From an uncultured Alphaproteobacteria bacterium (GTDB lineage Bacteria; Pseudomonadota; Alphaproteobacteria; Sphingomonadales; Sphingomonadaceae): a DNA stretch of 64,000 bases. The notes under the pieces were generated by a model. The model made no database searches and was not told the DNA's origin. It saw only the letters and a list, made by a program, of their open reading frames with translations. Numbering within the stretch: the first letter of the stretch is position 1; each line of letters opens with the position of its first letter. Both the position numbers and the translations under genes were made by a program. The stretch is from assembly GCA_963736595.1 (NCBI GenBank), contig CAVTPG010000001.1:91284-155283 (forward strand), written 5' to 3'. Positions 1 through 9,945 of the stretch are shown here, in pieces.

Positions 1-32
1 ACAACACAGCCTGACGCTGGCAGCAGTCTTTA

Positions 33-731
33 TCAGCGATTCCAGAGCGGCGCTTTGATCGTTTCCAGAAAGGCAGCGTGGGCCGCCAGTTCGTCCGCGC
101 TGGCGCTGTGTGGTCGTGGCTCGCGGCGCTGCCGGTTGGCTGGGCGCAACCCGGCGTTTCCGCCACTCGTATCCGCGTTGCCATCGCCATCCAGCTCCGC
201 CGCCAGTTCCAACCCGATCTGCCGCCCGCCGGTCAGCTCGATATAGACCTGCGCCAGCAATTCCGCATCTAGCAGCGCGCCATGCTTCACCCGATGGCTG
301 CGGTCGATGCCGTAGCGCGTGCATAGCGCATCCAGCGACAATTTCGCGCCGGGGTGCTTGCGCCGCGCGATGGCGACCGTGTCCACCATCCGGTCCAGCG
401 AAACAGGCTGTAATCCGCACAGCTCCAGCTCGTTATTGAGAAAGCCGAAATCGAAGCTGGCATTGTGCGCGACAAGGGGTGCATCACCCAGAAAATCGAG
501 CAATTCCTGCGCAATATCCTTGAACAGGGATTTGTCCGACAGGAAATTTGCGGACAAGCCATGCACCGCCTCTGCGCCCGCCGGCATATCGCGTTCCGGA
601 TTGTAATAGGTGTGATAAGTCTCGCCGGTCGGCACGCGCCCGATCATCTCGACACAGCCCATTTCCACCATCCGGTCGCCTGTTTTCGGGTCGAGGCCTG
701 TTGTTTCGGTATCGAAGACGATTTCACGCAT
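33..731 (-). CDS. dnaQ: DNA polymerase III epsilon subunit
   Basis: DEDDh motifs FDTETTGL, HNASFDFGFL, HGALLDAELL. Confidence 0.97.
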   Translation of the reverse strand: MREIVFDTETTGLDPKTGDRMVEMGCVEMIGRVPTGETYHTYYNPERDMPAGAEAVHGLSANFLSDKSLFKDIAQELLDFLGDAPLVAHNASFDFGFLNNELELCGLQPVSLDRMVDTVAIARRKHPGAKLSLDALCTRYGIDRSHRVKHGALLDAELLAQVYIELTGGRQIGLELAAELDGDGNADTSGGNAGLRPANRQRREPRPHSASADELAAHAAFLETIKAPLWNR

Positions 732-778
732 GGCTATCTATCGCGGGCATATTTGGTGCTGGCAAGGGTCAGCGGCGA

Positions 779-1384
779 CTAATCTGCGGCGGTTTTTTTG
801 CGAAGATGCTCGATCAAATCGCGCACGGCGGTTTCGGTCCGGTCCAGCGTGGTTCCGGTATCGATCACATGATCCGCGCGTGCGCGCTTCTCCGCATCGG
901 GCGTTTGCAAGCCTAAAATATGCGCAAATTTGTCGGGCGTCATGCCGGGGCGGGCGAGCACTCGTTCGCGCTGAACATCAGCCGGAGCGGACACGACGAC
1001 GATTGTATCGACCCTTTCGTGGCCGCCTTTCTCGAACAACAGCGGGATGTCGAACACGACCAGCGGCGCATGGCCATGTTCGATTAAAAACTCCTGCCTG
1101 CGTATGGCGACGGCGGGATGCACGATGGCTTCAAGGCGGGCAAGGGCGGCAGGGTCGGCAAACACCTGCTCACCCAAAGCCTCCCGGTTGACGCCATCGG
1201 GTCCGGTCGATCCGGGGAAGGCCTGCTCGATTGCCGCCACCAGACTGCCGTCCGGCCCTTGCATCGCGCGCACTTCGGCATCGGCATCGAACACCGGCAC
1301 GCCCGCACGCTCGAACATCGCGGCAACGGTCGATTTGCCCATCCCGATAGAGCCAGTGAGGCCGATGATGGCGAGTTTGCTCAT
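779..1384 (-). CDS. coaE: dephospho-CoA kinase
   Basis: IGLTGSIGMGKST P-loop, LEAIVHP, DIPLLFE; aroE-coaE-dnaQ synteny. Confidence 0.97.
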   Translation of the reverse strand: MSKLAIIGLTGSIGMGKSTVAAMFERAGVPVFDADAEVRAMQGPDGSLVAAIEQAFPGSTGPDGVNREALGEQVFADPAALARLEAIVHPAVAIRRQEFLIEHGHAPLVVFDIPLLFEKGGHERVDTIVVVSAPADVQRERVLARPGMTPDKFAHILGLQTPDAEKRARADHVIDTGTTLDRTETAVRDLIEHLRKKTAAD

Positions 1385-2238
1385 GGCGTCAGCAGCTCGC
1401 GCAATTCGGCATCATATTGGCGTGGTGCCGCTTGGCCAAAAAACAGCTCAAAGGCGTGAGCGGCTTGTCCGATCAGCATCGCCAAACCGTCTATCGCGGC
1501 GAAGTCGTTGGCGCGGGCCGTTTTTAGAAAGTCGGTTTGCACGGGATCGGTCACGATGTCGTAAAAGATGCTGCCGGGCGGAGCATGGCTTATATCGAAA
1601 GCCAGATTGCTGTGTCCGCGCATCCCCAGCGGGCTGGCATTGATGACAAGATCCAGACAGCCCTCACGGTCGTCGAAGGCGAAATCGGTCGCTTCGCCAA
1701 AATGCGACAATGGCGGGGTGTGATGCTCGCCAGCGGGTGCAAGATCGTCCAGCAGTGCGCGCGCTTTTGCTGGATCGCGGCCCGCCAGCACAAGAGTGAA
1801 ACCATGTTCTTGCAGCGCATAAGTGATGGCTCGCGCCGCGCCGCCAGTCCCGATAATTCGCGCCATGCGCCACAGATGGTCAGTCGCCAGCAGATCGCGC
1901 AGCGGCTCAAGAAATCCGGCAGCGTCAGTGTTGTGGCCAGTCAACCCACCATCTGGCGCGCGTGTGACCGTGTTGACCGCGCCGATTGCCCGCGCCTCAT
2001 CCGACAAATGATCGAGCAACGGGATAATCGCTTGTTTATGCGGCATGGTGACGTTGCAACCGCGCCAGTTCTGATCGCTGCGCCGATCGGCAAAATAGGC
2101 GGCAAGACTGTCTGACGTCACGCTCTCCGCGCGATATTCTGCCTCTTGACCCAACTTTTTCAGCCAGAAATTGTGAATTGCGGGCGATTTGGATTGCGCA
2201 ATCGGGTCGCCAATCACTTCGGCATAAGGCCCGCTCAT
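1381..2238 (-). CDS. aroE: shikimate dehydrogenase
   Basis: GDPIAQSKSP, NVTMPHK, GAVNT, NTD, GTGGAA. Confidence 0.96.
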   Translation of the reverse strand: MSGPYAEVIGDPIAQSKSPAIHNFWLKKLGQEAEYRAESVTSDSLAAYFADRRSDQNWRGCNVTMPHKQAIIPLLDHLSDEARAIGAVNTVTRAPDGGLTGHNTDAAGFLEPLRDLLATDHLWRMARIIGTGGAARAITYALQEHGFTLVLAGRDPAKARALLDDLAPAGEHHTPPLSHFGEATDFAFDDREGCLDLVINASPLGMRGHSNLAFDISHAPPGSIFYDIVTDPVQTDFLKTARANDFAAIDGLAMLIGQAAHAFELFFGQAAPRQYDAELRELLTP

Positions 2239-2834
2239 ATCAACAAATCACTCGCACCCGCGTCATGTTCGCGCAGGGCAGCCATTACCTGCAACAATGG
2301 CATTCCGAGGATTGCGAATTGGTCGCCCTCCATCGCTTCGAACAGATGCACGCCGCGCCCCTCGATCCGGAATACGCCAACGCAATGGCCGACTTCGGGC
2401 CACTCCGCATCGAGATAGGCGGCGATAAATGGCTCGCTAAGTTGGCGAACATGAAGGCGCGCGAGATCGTGACCGACCCACACCACTTTCCCATCGCGCA
2501 CCAGCGCAGCCGCACTGTGCAAATGCATTTCCTTACCGGAAAAGAACCGCAAGTGCTCAGCAGCCTGCTCGCGGCTATCGGGTTTATCGAACCGCTGCCC
2601 ATCGACGACGACCAGTGAATCGCTTCCTAGTACCAGCTTCGCCGGATGCTCGCGTGATACCGCCGCCGCCTTGGCCGAGCTCAGCGCTAGCGCCACTTCC
2701 GCTGGTTCGGCGTCGGTCATTTCGGCTTCCAGCGCGCGTTCATCCACCTGCGCAGGGATCGCCTCAAAGCAGATGCCAGCCGCTGTCAGCATCGCTTGCC
2801 GCGACGCACTTTTGGACGCCAGGATCAGGCTCAT
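2235..2834 (-). CDS. Maf family nucleoside triphosphate pyrophosphatase
   Basis: LILASKSASR, LGSDS, ILGMPL. Confidence 0.93.
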   Translation of the reverse strand: MSLILASKSASRQAMLTAAGICFEAIPAQVDERALEAEMTDAEPAEVALALSSAKAAAVSREHPAKLVLGSDSLVVVDGQRFDKPDSREQAAEHLRFFSGKEMHLHSAAALVRDGKVVWVGHDLARLHVRQLSEPFIAAYLDAEWPEVGHCVGVFRIEGRGVHLFEAMEGDQFAILGMPLLQVMAALREHDAGASDLLI

Positions 2835-3673
2835 GCGGGACCGCCCACCGATTCTTTTTCGGCCAGTTCACGCTCATTATACAGCTTGATAATTGCCGCC
2901 GCCGTCTCCTCGATAGAGCGCCGGGTTACATCGATGATCGGCCATCCACGATCAGCAAAAATGCGGCGGGCAAACACCACTTCCTCGCGGACCCGGTCCT
3001 GATCGGCATAAGCGGTCTGGTTCTTTTCGTTCAACGCAAGTAACCGATTGCGCCTGATTTGCACCAATCGTTCAGGTGTGCTGGTCAACCCGACGACCAG
3101 CGGATTTTTCAACCCATACAGCATATCGGGCGGCGGACTTTCGACGACCAGCGGGATATTGGCGACCTTGTACCCGCGATTGGCCAGATAAATACTGGTC
3201 GGTGTTTTTGAAGAGCGGGACACGCCTGCCAGCAGAATATCCGCCTGCTCCCAATCCTCATGCAAAATCCCGTCATCATGCGCGATCGTAAATTGAATTG
3301 CTTCGACCCGCTCGAAATAGGCCTTGTCCATAATATGCTGACGGCCCGGCTTGCTGTGTTGCGCTTCCTGGCCGAGTTTGGCTTCCAACGCAGCAGTGAC
3401 TTGATCCAGCACCGGAACCGCCGTCAATCCGGCGGCCAGACATTTGTCCTCCAGCCGTGCGCGCGTTTGCGGGTTGATCAGCGTAAACAGCACGAGGCCC
3501 GCATTCTGCTCCAGCGTCGGCATGATCCGGTCGAGATGTTGCTGCGATCGGACCATCGGCCAGAAATGGCGCACGACGTCGGCATCCTCGAATTGCGCAA
3601 GCGCGGCCTTGGCAAACATCTCCAACGTTTCGCCGGTGGAATCAGATACCAGATGAAGGTGCAAGCGCGACAT
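2831..3673 (-). CDS. pyruvate,phosphate/water dikinase regulatory protein (PSRP/DUF299)
   Basis: VSDSTGET, HDDG, GVSRSSKTPTSIYLA, SIEETA. Confidence 0.95.
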   Translation of the reverse strand: MSRLHLHLVSDSTGETLEMFAKAALAQFEDADVVRHFWPMVRSQQHLDRIMPTLEQNAGLVLFTLINPQTRARLEDKCLAAGLTAVPVLDQVTAALEAKLGQEAQHSKPGRQHIMDKAYFERVEAIQFTIAHDDGILHEDWEQADILLAGVSRSSKTPTSIYLANRGYKVANIPLVVESPPPDMLYGLKNPLVVGLTSTPERLVQIRRNRLLALNEKNQTAYADQDRVREEVVFARRIFADRGWPIIDVTRRSIEETAAAIIKLYNERELAEKESVGGPA

Positions 3674-3990
3674 AGACGGGCCTTAAAACGGGCTGTGGAC
3701 AGAATGCCGCATAAACCACGGCACAAAGCTGACGACAAGTTTCGGCGTCGATTCCATGCCCAATGCGAGTCCGCTACATGGCGTTTTATGGACAGGACGC
3801 CGCACTTATCGCCAGCCTGTGGGTAAGGGGCACAGCTTTCGTTTGACTCATATCGGTCCATGAGTCGAAAAGGTTTGGCATCTGGCTTTTGCGGGACAAA
3901 TCGGGCAAGGCGATGCTATCCCCGATCTCCACAGGGCCATCTACTAAATCAACTTATATATACTCTTATTAGTTATTGGATACGCGCGCG
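3674..3990. other. chromosomal replication origin oriC
   Basis: Gap between divergent DUF299 and hemE, the position of Caulobacter Cori. DnaA-box-like 9-mers at 3694-3702, 3787-3795, 3806-3814, 3818-3826, 3916-3924, 3925-3933; four GANTC sites; AT-rich tract 3939-3977; parAB/parS nearby. Confidence 0.88.
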
Positions 3991-5007
3991 ATGCCCGGTT
4001 TGCTTCTCGATACCTTGAATGGCGCGATGCCAGACGTTCCGCCTTTGTGGCTGATGCGCCAGGCAGGGCGGTATCTGCCTGAATACCGGGCTTTGCGGGC
4101 TGACAAGGGCGGCTTTCTTGCGCTGGTTTACGATACCGATGCAGCGGCCGAAGTCACGGTGCAGCCGATCCGGCGGTTTGGGTTCGACGGAGCGATCCTG
4201 TTTTCCGATATTCTGATCGTGCCTTATGCGATGGGGCAGGATCTGGAATTTCTGGCAGGCGAGGGACCGAAGATGTCGCCAAAGCTTGTCGATGTGGCGT
4301 TAAACAGCCTTGAAGGGGTGCCTGAGCGCCTAAATCCGATTTATGAGACCGTGGCAAAGGTGAAGGCGCTGATCGGCGCTGAAACGACCTTGCTGGGCTT
4401 TGCGGGAAGTCCGTGGACGGTGGCAACTTATATGATTGCAGGCGAGGGCAGCCGTGATCAGCATGATGCGCGCGCTATGGCGTATCGCGACCCACAGGCT
4501 TTGCAGGCAATTTGCGATGCAATCGGCGATGTAACCATCGATTATCTGGCCGGACAAATCGAAGCCGGAGCCGAAGCGGTACAATTGTTCGATAGCTGGG
4601 CGGGAAGTCTTGCGCCCGATGAGTTCGAACGCTGGGTGATCGCGCCTAACGCGCGCATCGTCAGCGGCTTGAAACAGCGACATCCCGACACACCGATCAT
4701 CGGCTTTCCCAAGGGTGCGGGCGAGAAACTCCCCGCCTATGCCCGCGAAACCGGCGTGGATGCGATTGGTGTCGATGAAACGCTGGATCCGACATGGGTT
4801 CATCGCGAATTGCCGGACACCATGCCTGTGCAAGGCAATTTCGATCCGCTGCTGCTGCTCGCCGGAACGCCGGAGCTTGAGCAACGCGCCGACCATATCC
4901 GCAAGGCGTTTGCCGGACGGCCCCATATCTTCAATTTGGGTCACGGGATCGACCGGCGCACCCCGATCGAGCACGTCGAACGCCTGATCGCCGCCGTGCG
5001 CGGATAA
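3991..5007 (+). CDS. hemE: uroporphyrinogen decarboxylase
   Basis: WLMRQAGRYLPEY, FSDIL, FNLGHG; ATG 3991 preferred over TTG 3976. Confidence 0.97.
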   Translation: MPGLLLDTLNGAMPDVPPLWLMRQAGRYLPEYRALRADKGGFLALVYDTDAAAEVTVQPIRRFGFDGAILFSDILIVPYAMGQDLEFLAGEGPKMSPKLVDVALNSLEGVPERLNPIYETVAKVKALIGAETTLLGFAGSPWTVATYMIAGEGSRDQHDARAMAYRDPQALQAICDAIGDVTIDYLAGQIEAGAEAVQLFDSWAGSLAPDEFERWVIAPNARIVSGLKQRHPDTPIIGFPKGAGEKLPAYARETGVDAIGVDETLDPTWVHRELPDTMPVQGNFDPLLLLAGTPELEQRADHIRKAFAGRPHIFNLGHGIDRRTPIEHVERLIAAVRG

Positions 5008-5063
5008 ATTCTCTTCATGGCTAAGGGGTGACGCGGCGCGTTAGTGGCCCTAAATGACCCAAT

Positions 5064-5507
5064 ATGCAGGATGCTTTATCGATGACGTATCTTTGGCTGA
5101 AAGCCGGCCACATCATTTTCGTCATCTTCTGGATGGCCGGATTGTTCATGTTGCCGCGCTATTACGTCTATCATCAGGAAGCTGCCGAAGGCTCGCCCGA
5201 AGTGGATCGCTGGATCGACCGCGAAAATAAGCTGCGCAAGATCATCCTGCTGCCATCGCTGATCATCGTCTGGGTTCTGGGGCTGGCGCTTGCATCCTCG
5301 ATCGGCGCATGGACGCAAGGCTGGTTCCATGCAAAATTGCTGTTTGTCGTGCTGCTGTCGGCCTATCATATGTGGCTCGTCAGCTATGGCAAAAAATTGG
5401 CGCGCGGCGAGCGGCCACTGGCTGGCAAAACCCTGCGTCTGCTGAACGAAGTGCCGGGATTGACCGCCGCGATTATCGTCGTGCTGGTTATCGTTAAACC
5501 GTTTTAA
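5064..5507 (+). CDS. hemJ: protoporphyrinogen oxidase HemJ
   Basis: WLKAGH..WMAGLFMLPRY.VYH, NEVP, KPF end; between hemE and rho. Confidence 0.93.
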   Translation: MQDALSMTYLWLKAGHIIFVIFWMAGLFMLPRYYVYHQEAAEGSPEVDRWIDRENKLRKIILLPSLIIVWVLGLALASSIGAWTQGWFHAKLLFVVLLSAYHMWLVSYGKKLARGERPLAGKTLRLLNEVPGLTAAIIVVLVIVKPF

Positions 5508-5534
5508 CGCCGCGCTGCGCCACATAGAAACGGA

Positions 5535-5563
5535 TTGACGATAGCGCCGCTGCGGCGTATTCG
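5535..5563 (+). promoter_or_regulatory. candidate sigma70 promoter of rho
   Basis: TTGACG (5535-5540), 17-nt spacer, TATTCG. Confidence 0.45.
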
Positions 5564-5704
5564 CACACGCAATCCGGTTTCGAGCGGCATTCAATTCGCT
5601 CCTCTTACGGTCCAGCTGTCTCCCAGCCCTTCGGATCCAACCGGTTTCTCGATATAATCAGGGCCAACCACGCGCCTTGATGCCTAAAAAATTACGGATT
5701 ATCC

Positions 5705-6970
5705 ATGCATCTTAAAGATTTGAAATTAAAAGCTCCGGCTGAACTCGTCGCTATGGCGGAAGAGCTCGATGTCGAGGGCGCGTCCACCATGCGCCGACAG
5801 GATTTGATGTTCTGCATCCTGCGCGAATTGGCGGAAGACGACGAATACGAAACCGAAATCATGGGGATTGGCACGATCGAAGTGCTGCAGGATGGCTTTG
5901 GCTTCCTGCGTAGCCCTGAAGCCAACTATCTCGCCGGGCCGGATGATATTTACGTCTCACCCAATCAGGTCCGTAAAGCGGGCTTGCGTACAGGCGACAC
6001 GGTCGAAGGTGAAATTCGCGCACCCAGAGAAGGCGAGCGGTATTTCGCGCTGACCAATCTGACCAGCGTCAATTTCGAAGATCCCGATGCCGTGCGGATG
6101 CGGACGAATTTCGATAATCTCACACCGCTTTATCCCGACGAAAAACTGTCGCTCGACACGCTCGATCCGACGGTGAAGGACAAATCCGCGCGAGTGATCG
6201 ACATCATCTCGCCGCAGGGTAAAGGCCAGCGTGCTTTGATCGTCGCTCCGCCGCGCACGGGTAAAACCGTGCTGCTGCAAAACATGGCGAAGGCGATTAC
6301 GGACAATCATCCCGAAGTCTTCCTGATCGTGCTGCTGGTCGATGAGCGGCCCGAAGAAGTCACCGATATGCAGCGTAGCGTAAAGGGTGAAGTGGTTTCC
6401 TCCACCTTTGACGAACCTGCCACGCGCCACGTTCAAGTCGCTGAAATGGTTATCGAAAAAGCCAAACGCCTGGTCGAGCACAAGCGCGATGTCGTGATCC
6501 TGCTGGATTCGATCACGCGCCTTGGCCGCGCTTACAACACTGTCGTGCCAAGCTCCGGTAAAGTGCTGACAGGCGGCGTCGATGCGAACGCTTTGCAACG
6601 CCCGAAACGCTTTTTCGGCGCGGCCCGTAATATCGAGGAAGGCGGCTCGCTATCCATCATCGCCACCGCGCTGATCGATACAGGCAGCCGGATGGACGAA
6701 GTCATTTTCGAGGAATTCAAAGGCACCGGCAACAGCGAAATTGTGCTGGATCGCAAAGTCGCCGACAAGCGCATCTTCCCCGCGCTGGACGTGGGCAAAT
6801 CGGGTACGCGCAAGGAAGAATTGCTGGTCGAGAAAGACAAGCTCAGCAAGATGTGGGTGCTGCGCCGTATCCTGATGCAGATGGGCACGATCGACGCGAT
6901 GGAATTCCTGCTCGACAAGATGAAGGATTCCAAGACGAACGAAGATTTCTTCGAAACGATGAATCAGTAA
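5705..6970 (+). CDS. rho: transcription termination factor Rho
   Basis: [29 protein letters not shown]. Confidence 0.99.
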   Translation: MHLKDLKLKAPAELVAMAEELDVEGASTMRRQDLMFCILRELAEDDEYETEIMGIGTIEVLQDGFGFLRSPEANYLAGPDDIYVSPNQVRKAGLRTGDTVEGEIRAPREGERYFALTNLTSVNFEDPDAVRMRTNFDNLTPLYPDEKLSLDTLDPTVKDKSARVIDIISPQGKGQRALIVAPPRTGKTVLLQNMAKAITDNHPEVFLIVLLVDERPEEVTDMQRSVKGEVVSSTFDEPATRHVQVAEMVIEKAKRLVEHKRDVVILLDSITRLGRAYNTVVPSSGKVLTGGVDANALQRPKRFFGAARNIEEGGSLSIIATALIDTGSRMDEVIFEEFKGTGNSEIVLDRKVADKRIFPALDVGKSGTRKEELLVEKDKLSKMWVLRRILMQMGTIDAMEFLLDKMKDSKTNEDFFETMNQ

Positions 6971-7018
6971 GGTTCACCAATACGCAGATATACGGATGGC
7001 TGAGGCAACCGGCGCGCC

Positions 7019-7033
7019 ATAACCCGAATTTAA
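7019..7033. promoter_or_regulatory. CtrA-like box upstream of BLUF gene
   Basis: ATAA-CCCGAAT-TTAA, 7/8 match to TTAA-N7-TTAA. Confidence 0.4.
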
Positions 7034-7061
7034 TGTCCTGGCGGTAACGCCAAGGCATGAA

Positions 7062-7478
7062 ATGGAGGAATGGATGTCGTCCGAGTTGCGTCAATATGTG
7101 TATGTCAGCAAGACGGCAGACCGTTTAGGCCAGCCTGAAATCATGCAAATTCTGGAAGCATCCGCGCGCAATAACCCGTCGCGCGATGTGACGGGCTTTC
7201 TGATGTATGACGGGCAGAATTTCCTACAGCTGGTCGAAGGACCGCAATCATCCTTGGCCGAGTTGATGCGGACGCTCGAAACCGATCACCGCCATTCCAG
7301 CATTACGCATCTTGAAGACCACGCGATCGGTGAGCGAAGCTGCGGCAAATGGCGGATGAACCGCATTGCGCTGGCCGATGATATGGCAACGCGGCAAGCA
7401 AAACTGAGAACGATGCTGCCCAGCGGCTTAAATCCAAAAGTACGGCGGACAGTTCTGGACTTTGCTTCGATGAACTGA
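7062..7478 (+). CDS. stand-alone BLUF (blue-light flavin sensor) protein
   Basis: YVS, SARNN..VTGFL, FLQLVEG, DHRH, WRM; start may be 7074. Confidence 0.93.
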   Translation: MEEWMSSELRQYVYVSKTADRLGQPEIMQILEASARNNPSRDVTGFLMYDGQNFLQLVEGPQSSLAELMRTLETDHRHSSITHLEDHAIGERSCGKWRMNRIALADDMATRQAKLRTMLPSGLNPKVRRTVLDFASMN

Positions 7479-7512
7479 CCAGTGCGGTGTGGTTTTTCGC
7501 ACGGGCGCGCAG

Positions 7513-8211
7513 CTACCCCAAATGCTTGGCGAAAAATTCATCCGTCCGCTTGTCGGCCAGTTGCGCACCGTCCTCGTCCCGCCGATCGCCAAACTCGGTC
7601 GCAAATCCGTGATCCAGCCCTGCATAATCATACAGCGTCACTTTAGGGTGCTCATCCAGCCCCTTATGCATTGCCTGTTGCGCGGCTTTATCGACGAAAT
7701 GGTCGTCGGTCGGGATGTGCAGCAATAATGGGTTGGCGATCGCCTTGGCCTCATTCAGCATCTGGTCGATCATCACGCCATAATATCCTACGGATGCATC
7801 GATGTCGGTGCGCGCGGCAGTCATATATGCGAGCTTTCCGCCAAGGCAGTATCCCACACACCCAACCTTTTTCACGCTCAACTCGCTGCGAATGAATTTA
7901 ATAGTGGCTTCGATATCGCGAACACCTTCATCGGGATTGTATTTCCCGAATAATTCCATCGCTCGATCCATTTCCGGAGCAATATCGGGATCCAGTTCGA
8001 TCCCCGGCTCCAAGCGGTAGAACAGGTCCGGAGCCACTGCCAGATAGCCATCCTCGGCGAATTTGTCGCATTTGCGCCGGATACCCGCGTTAACGCCGAA
8101 AATTTCCTGAATGACCAGGATCGCAGCCTTCGGCTCACCCGCCGGTTTGGCCACATAAGCGGAGAAGCTGGCGTCGCCTGACAGGGCGGAAATCGTAACG
8201 GTCTCGGTCAT
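7513..8211 (-). CDS. dienelactone hydrolase family protein
   Basis: QEIFGVN, GYCLGG, HGF; start moved to MTETV. Confidence 0.93.
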   Translation of the reverse strand: MTETVTISALSGDASFSAYVAKPAGEPKAAILVIQEIFGVNAGIRRKCDKFAEDGYLAVAPDLFYRLEPGIELDPDIAPEMDRAMELFGKYNPDEGVRDIEATIKFIRSELSVKKVGCVGYCLGGKLAYMTAARTDIDASVGYYGVMIDQMLNEAKAIANPLLLHIPTDDHFVDKAAQQAMHKGLDEHPKVTLYDYAGLDHGFATEFGDRRDEDGAQLADKRTDEFFAKHLG

Positions 8212-8306
8212 CGTGAAGGCCTTTCGAATATGTGTTACCCGCCATAACGCTTGCAAGCGGCGCTTGCCAAACCCAAATAGCGTATCAGTCAAACGGAGAA
8301 ATTGTC

Positions 8307-8573
8307 ATGAAGGTCCACGTCGAAATCGATTGCACGCCGGAAGAAGCGCGGACATTCATGGGCCTGCCCGATGTCGGTAAGGCGAATGACATTTATGTCG
8401 ATATGATGGGCAAGGCCATGAAGGGCGTGTCCAATCCCGACCAGTTGCAGGAATATGCCAAAAACCTGGCACCGATGGGGCAAATGGGCTTGAAAATGTT
8501 CCAGAATTTCGTCGAAGGATCGATGAAAAACAGCGCCGCAAAGCCAGCCGATAAAGGCACCAAGAACGATTAG
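8307..8573 (+). CDS. DUF6489-like small conserved protein
   Basis: MKVHVEIDCTPEEARTFMGLPDV; GGAG RBS. Confidence 0.82.
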   Translation: MKVHVEIDCTPEEARTFMGLPDVGKANDIYVDMMGKAMKGVSNPDQLQEYAKNLAPMGQMGLKMFQNFVEGSMKNSAAKPADKGTKND

Positions 8574-8602
8574 AGCGACCATTTGCTGGCCAGTTGACCG
8601 CT

Positions 8603-9877
8603 ATGGACACGATTTTTGCACTGTCGAGCGGATTGCCTCCTGCGGCCATTGGCATCATCCGGATTAGCGGGCCTGATGCTGGCGCTGCTTTGAAGGCAAT
8701 GGCCGGTGGCCTGCCTGACCCGCGCAAGGCAAGTCTTCGCGCGTTGCGCAGCGCGTCGGGCGAACTTCTGGATCAGGCGCTGGTGCTGTGGTTCAGCGGC
8801 CCCGACACATCAACTGGCGAAGATCTGGCGGAGTTGCATTGCCACGGGGGCCGTGCCGTCATTGCTGCTGTTCTTCAGGCGCTTTCGGCAATTCCCGGAT
8901 TGCGAGCGGCACAGCCCGGCGAATTTACCCGCCGCGCTTTTGCCAATGGCCGGATCGATCTGGCCGAAGCCGAAGGACTTGCCGAACTTCTCTCCGCCGA
9001 AACCGAAATGCAGCGTCGTTCCGCGCAAGCCTTGTCGTCCGGCGCCTTATCGAGCCAAACTGAGAAATGGCGTGACCAAGTGCTGAGATTATCCGCTGCG
9101 GTCGAAAGTGTGCTGGATTTTGGCGATGAGGACGATGTTAGCGATTTGCCGCCTGATTTTGCCGAGAAGACAAGCGCGCTGGCGCGCGAACTTGAAACAT
9201 GGCTTAACCGTCCGCGTGCCGAAAAACTGCGCGAAGGCGTGCGTGTCGTGCTGGCCGGGCCGCCCAATAGCGGAAAATCGACACTTTTCAATGCTTTGTT
9301 TCAGGAAGCTGCGGCGATTACATCTGCAACGGCTGGGACGACGCGCGATGCAATCGAGCGACCAATTTCGCTCGCCGGTGTGCCGTTGGTGCTCATCGAT
9401 ACGGCTGGCTTGCGGGACGATGGCGCAGATGAGATCGAGGCAATCGGTATTGCGCGGGCGCAGGAGCAGTTGGAGCGCGCCGATATAATTCTTTGGCTGG
9501 GGCCCGAAGGCGAGGGGCCGGATCATGCCATCGAGGTCGCGGCGCGGATCGATGAGGCCGTTTTGCCGGTCAAGCAATCGCCTGACTATCGCGTCTCGGC
9601 AAGAACAGGCGAGGGGCTGGAGGACTTGCAAGCGGGTCTTGCTGATCGGGCGCGCGCAATTCTGCCAAAGATGGGTGATGTTGCGCTAAACAAGCGACAA
9701 GCTGACTTGATTAGTGACGCACAATTCGCGCTAAGTACAGTTGCGCAGCTTCACGATCCGCTGTTGATTGCTGAAAATCTGCGTAGCGCGCGCGCCGCAT
9801 TCGACAGGCTGATCGGGCGATCCTCGACCGAAGATATGCTCGACACTTTGTTTGGGCAATTTTGTATTGGTAAGTGA
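8603..9877 (+). CDS. mnmE: tRNA modification GTPase MnmE
   Basis: [37 protein letters not shown]-terminus. Confidence 0.98.
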   Translation: MDTIFALSSGLPPAAIGIIRISGPDAGAALKAMAGGLPDPRKASLRALRSASGELLDQALVLWFSGPDTSTGEDLAELHCHGGRAVIAAVLQALSAIPGLRAAQPGEFTRRAFANGRIDLAEAEGLAELLSAETEMQRRSAQALSSGALSSQTEKWRDQVLRLSAAVESVLDFGDEDDVSDLPPDFAEKTSALARELETWLNRPRAEKLREGVRVVLAGPPNSGKSTLFNALFQEAAAITSATAGTTRDAIERPISLAGVPLVLIDTAGLRDDGADEIEAIGIARAQEQLERADIILWLGPEGEGPDHAIEVAARIDEAVLPVKQSPDYRVSARTGEGLEDLQAGLADRARAILPKMGDVALNKRQADLISDAQFALSTVAQLHDPLLIAENLRSARAAFDRLIGRSSTEDMLDTLFGQFCIGK

Positions 9878-9878
9878 C

Positions 9879-9894
9879 TGTTCCACGTGGAACG
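9879..9894. promoter_or_regulatory. parS site
   Basis: TGTTCCACGTGGAACG with perfect 14-bp palindromic core, just after the mnmE stop. Confidence 0.9.
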
Positions 9895-9945
9895 TTTCCG
9901 AAATCGCTAGACGCCTTCAGACTAGCGCCGTATTTGGGTACCCAA

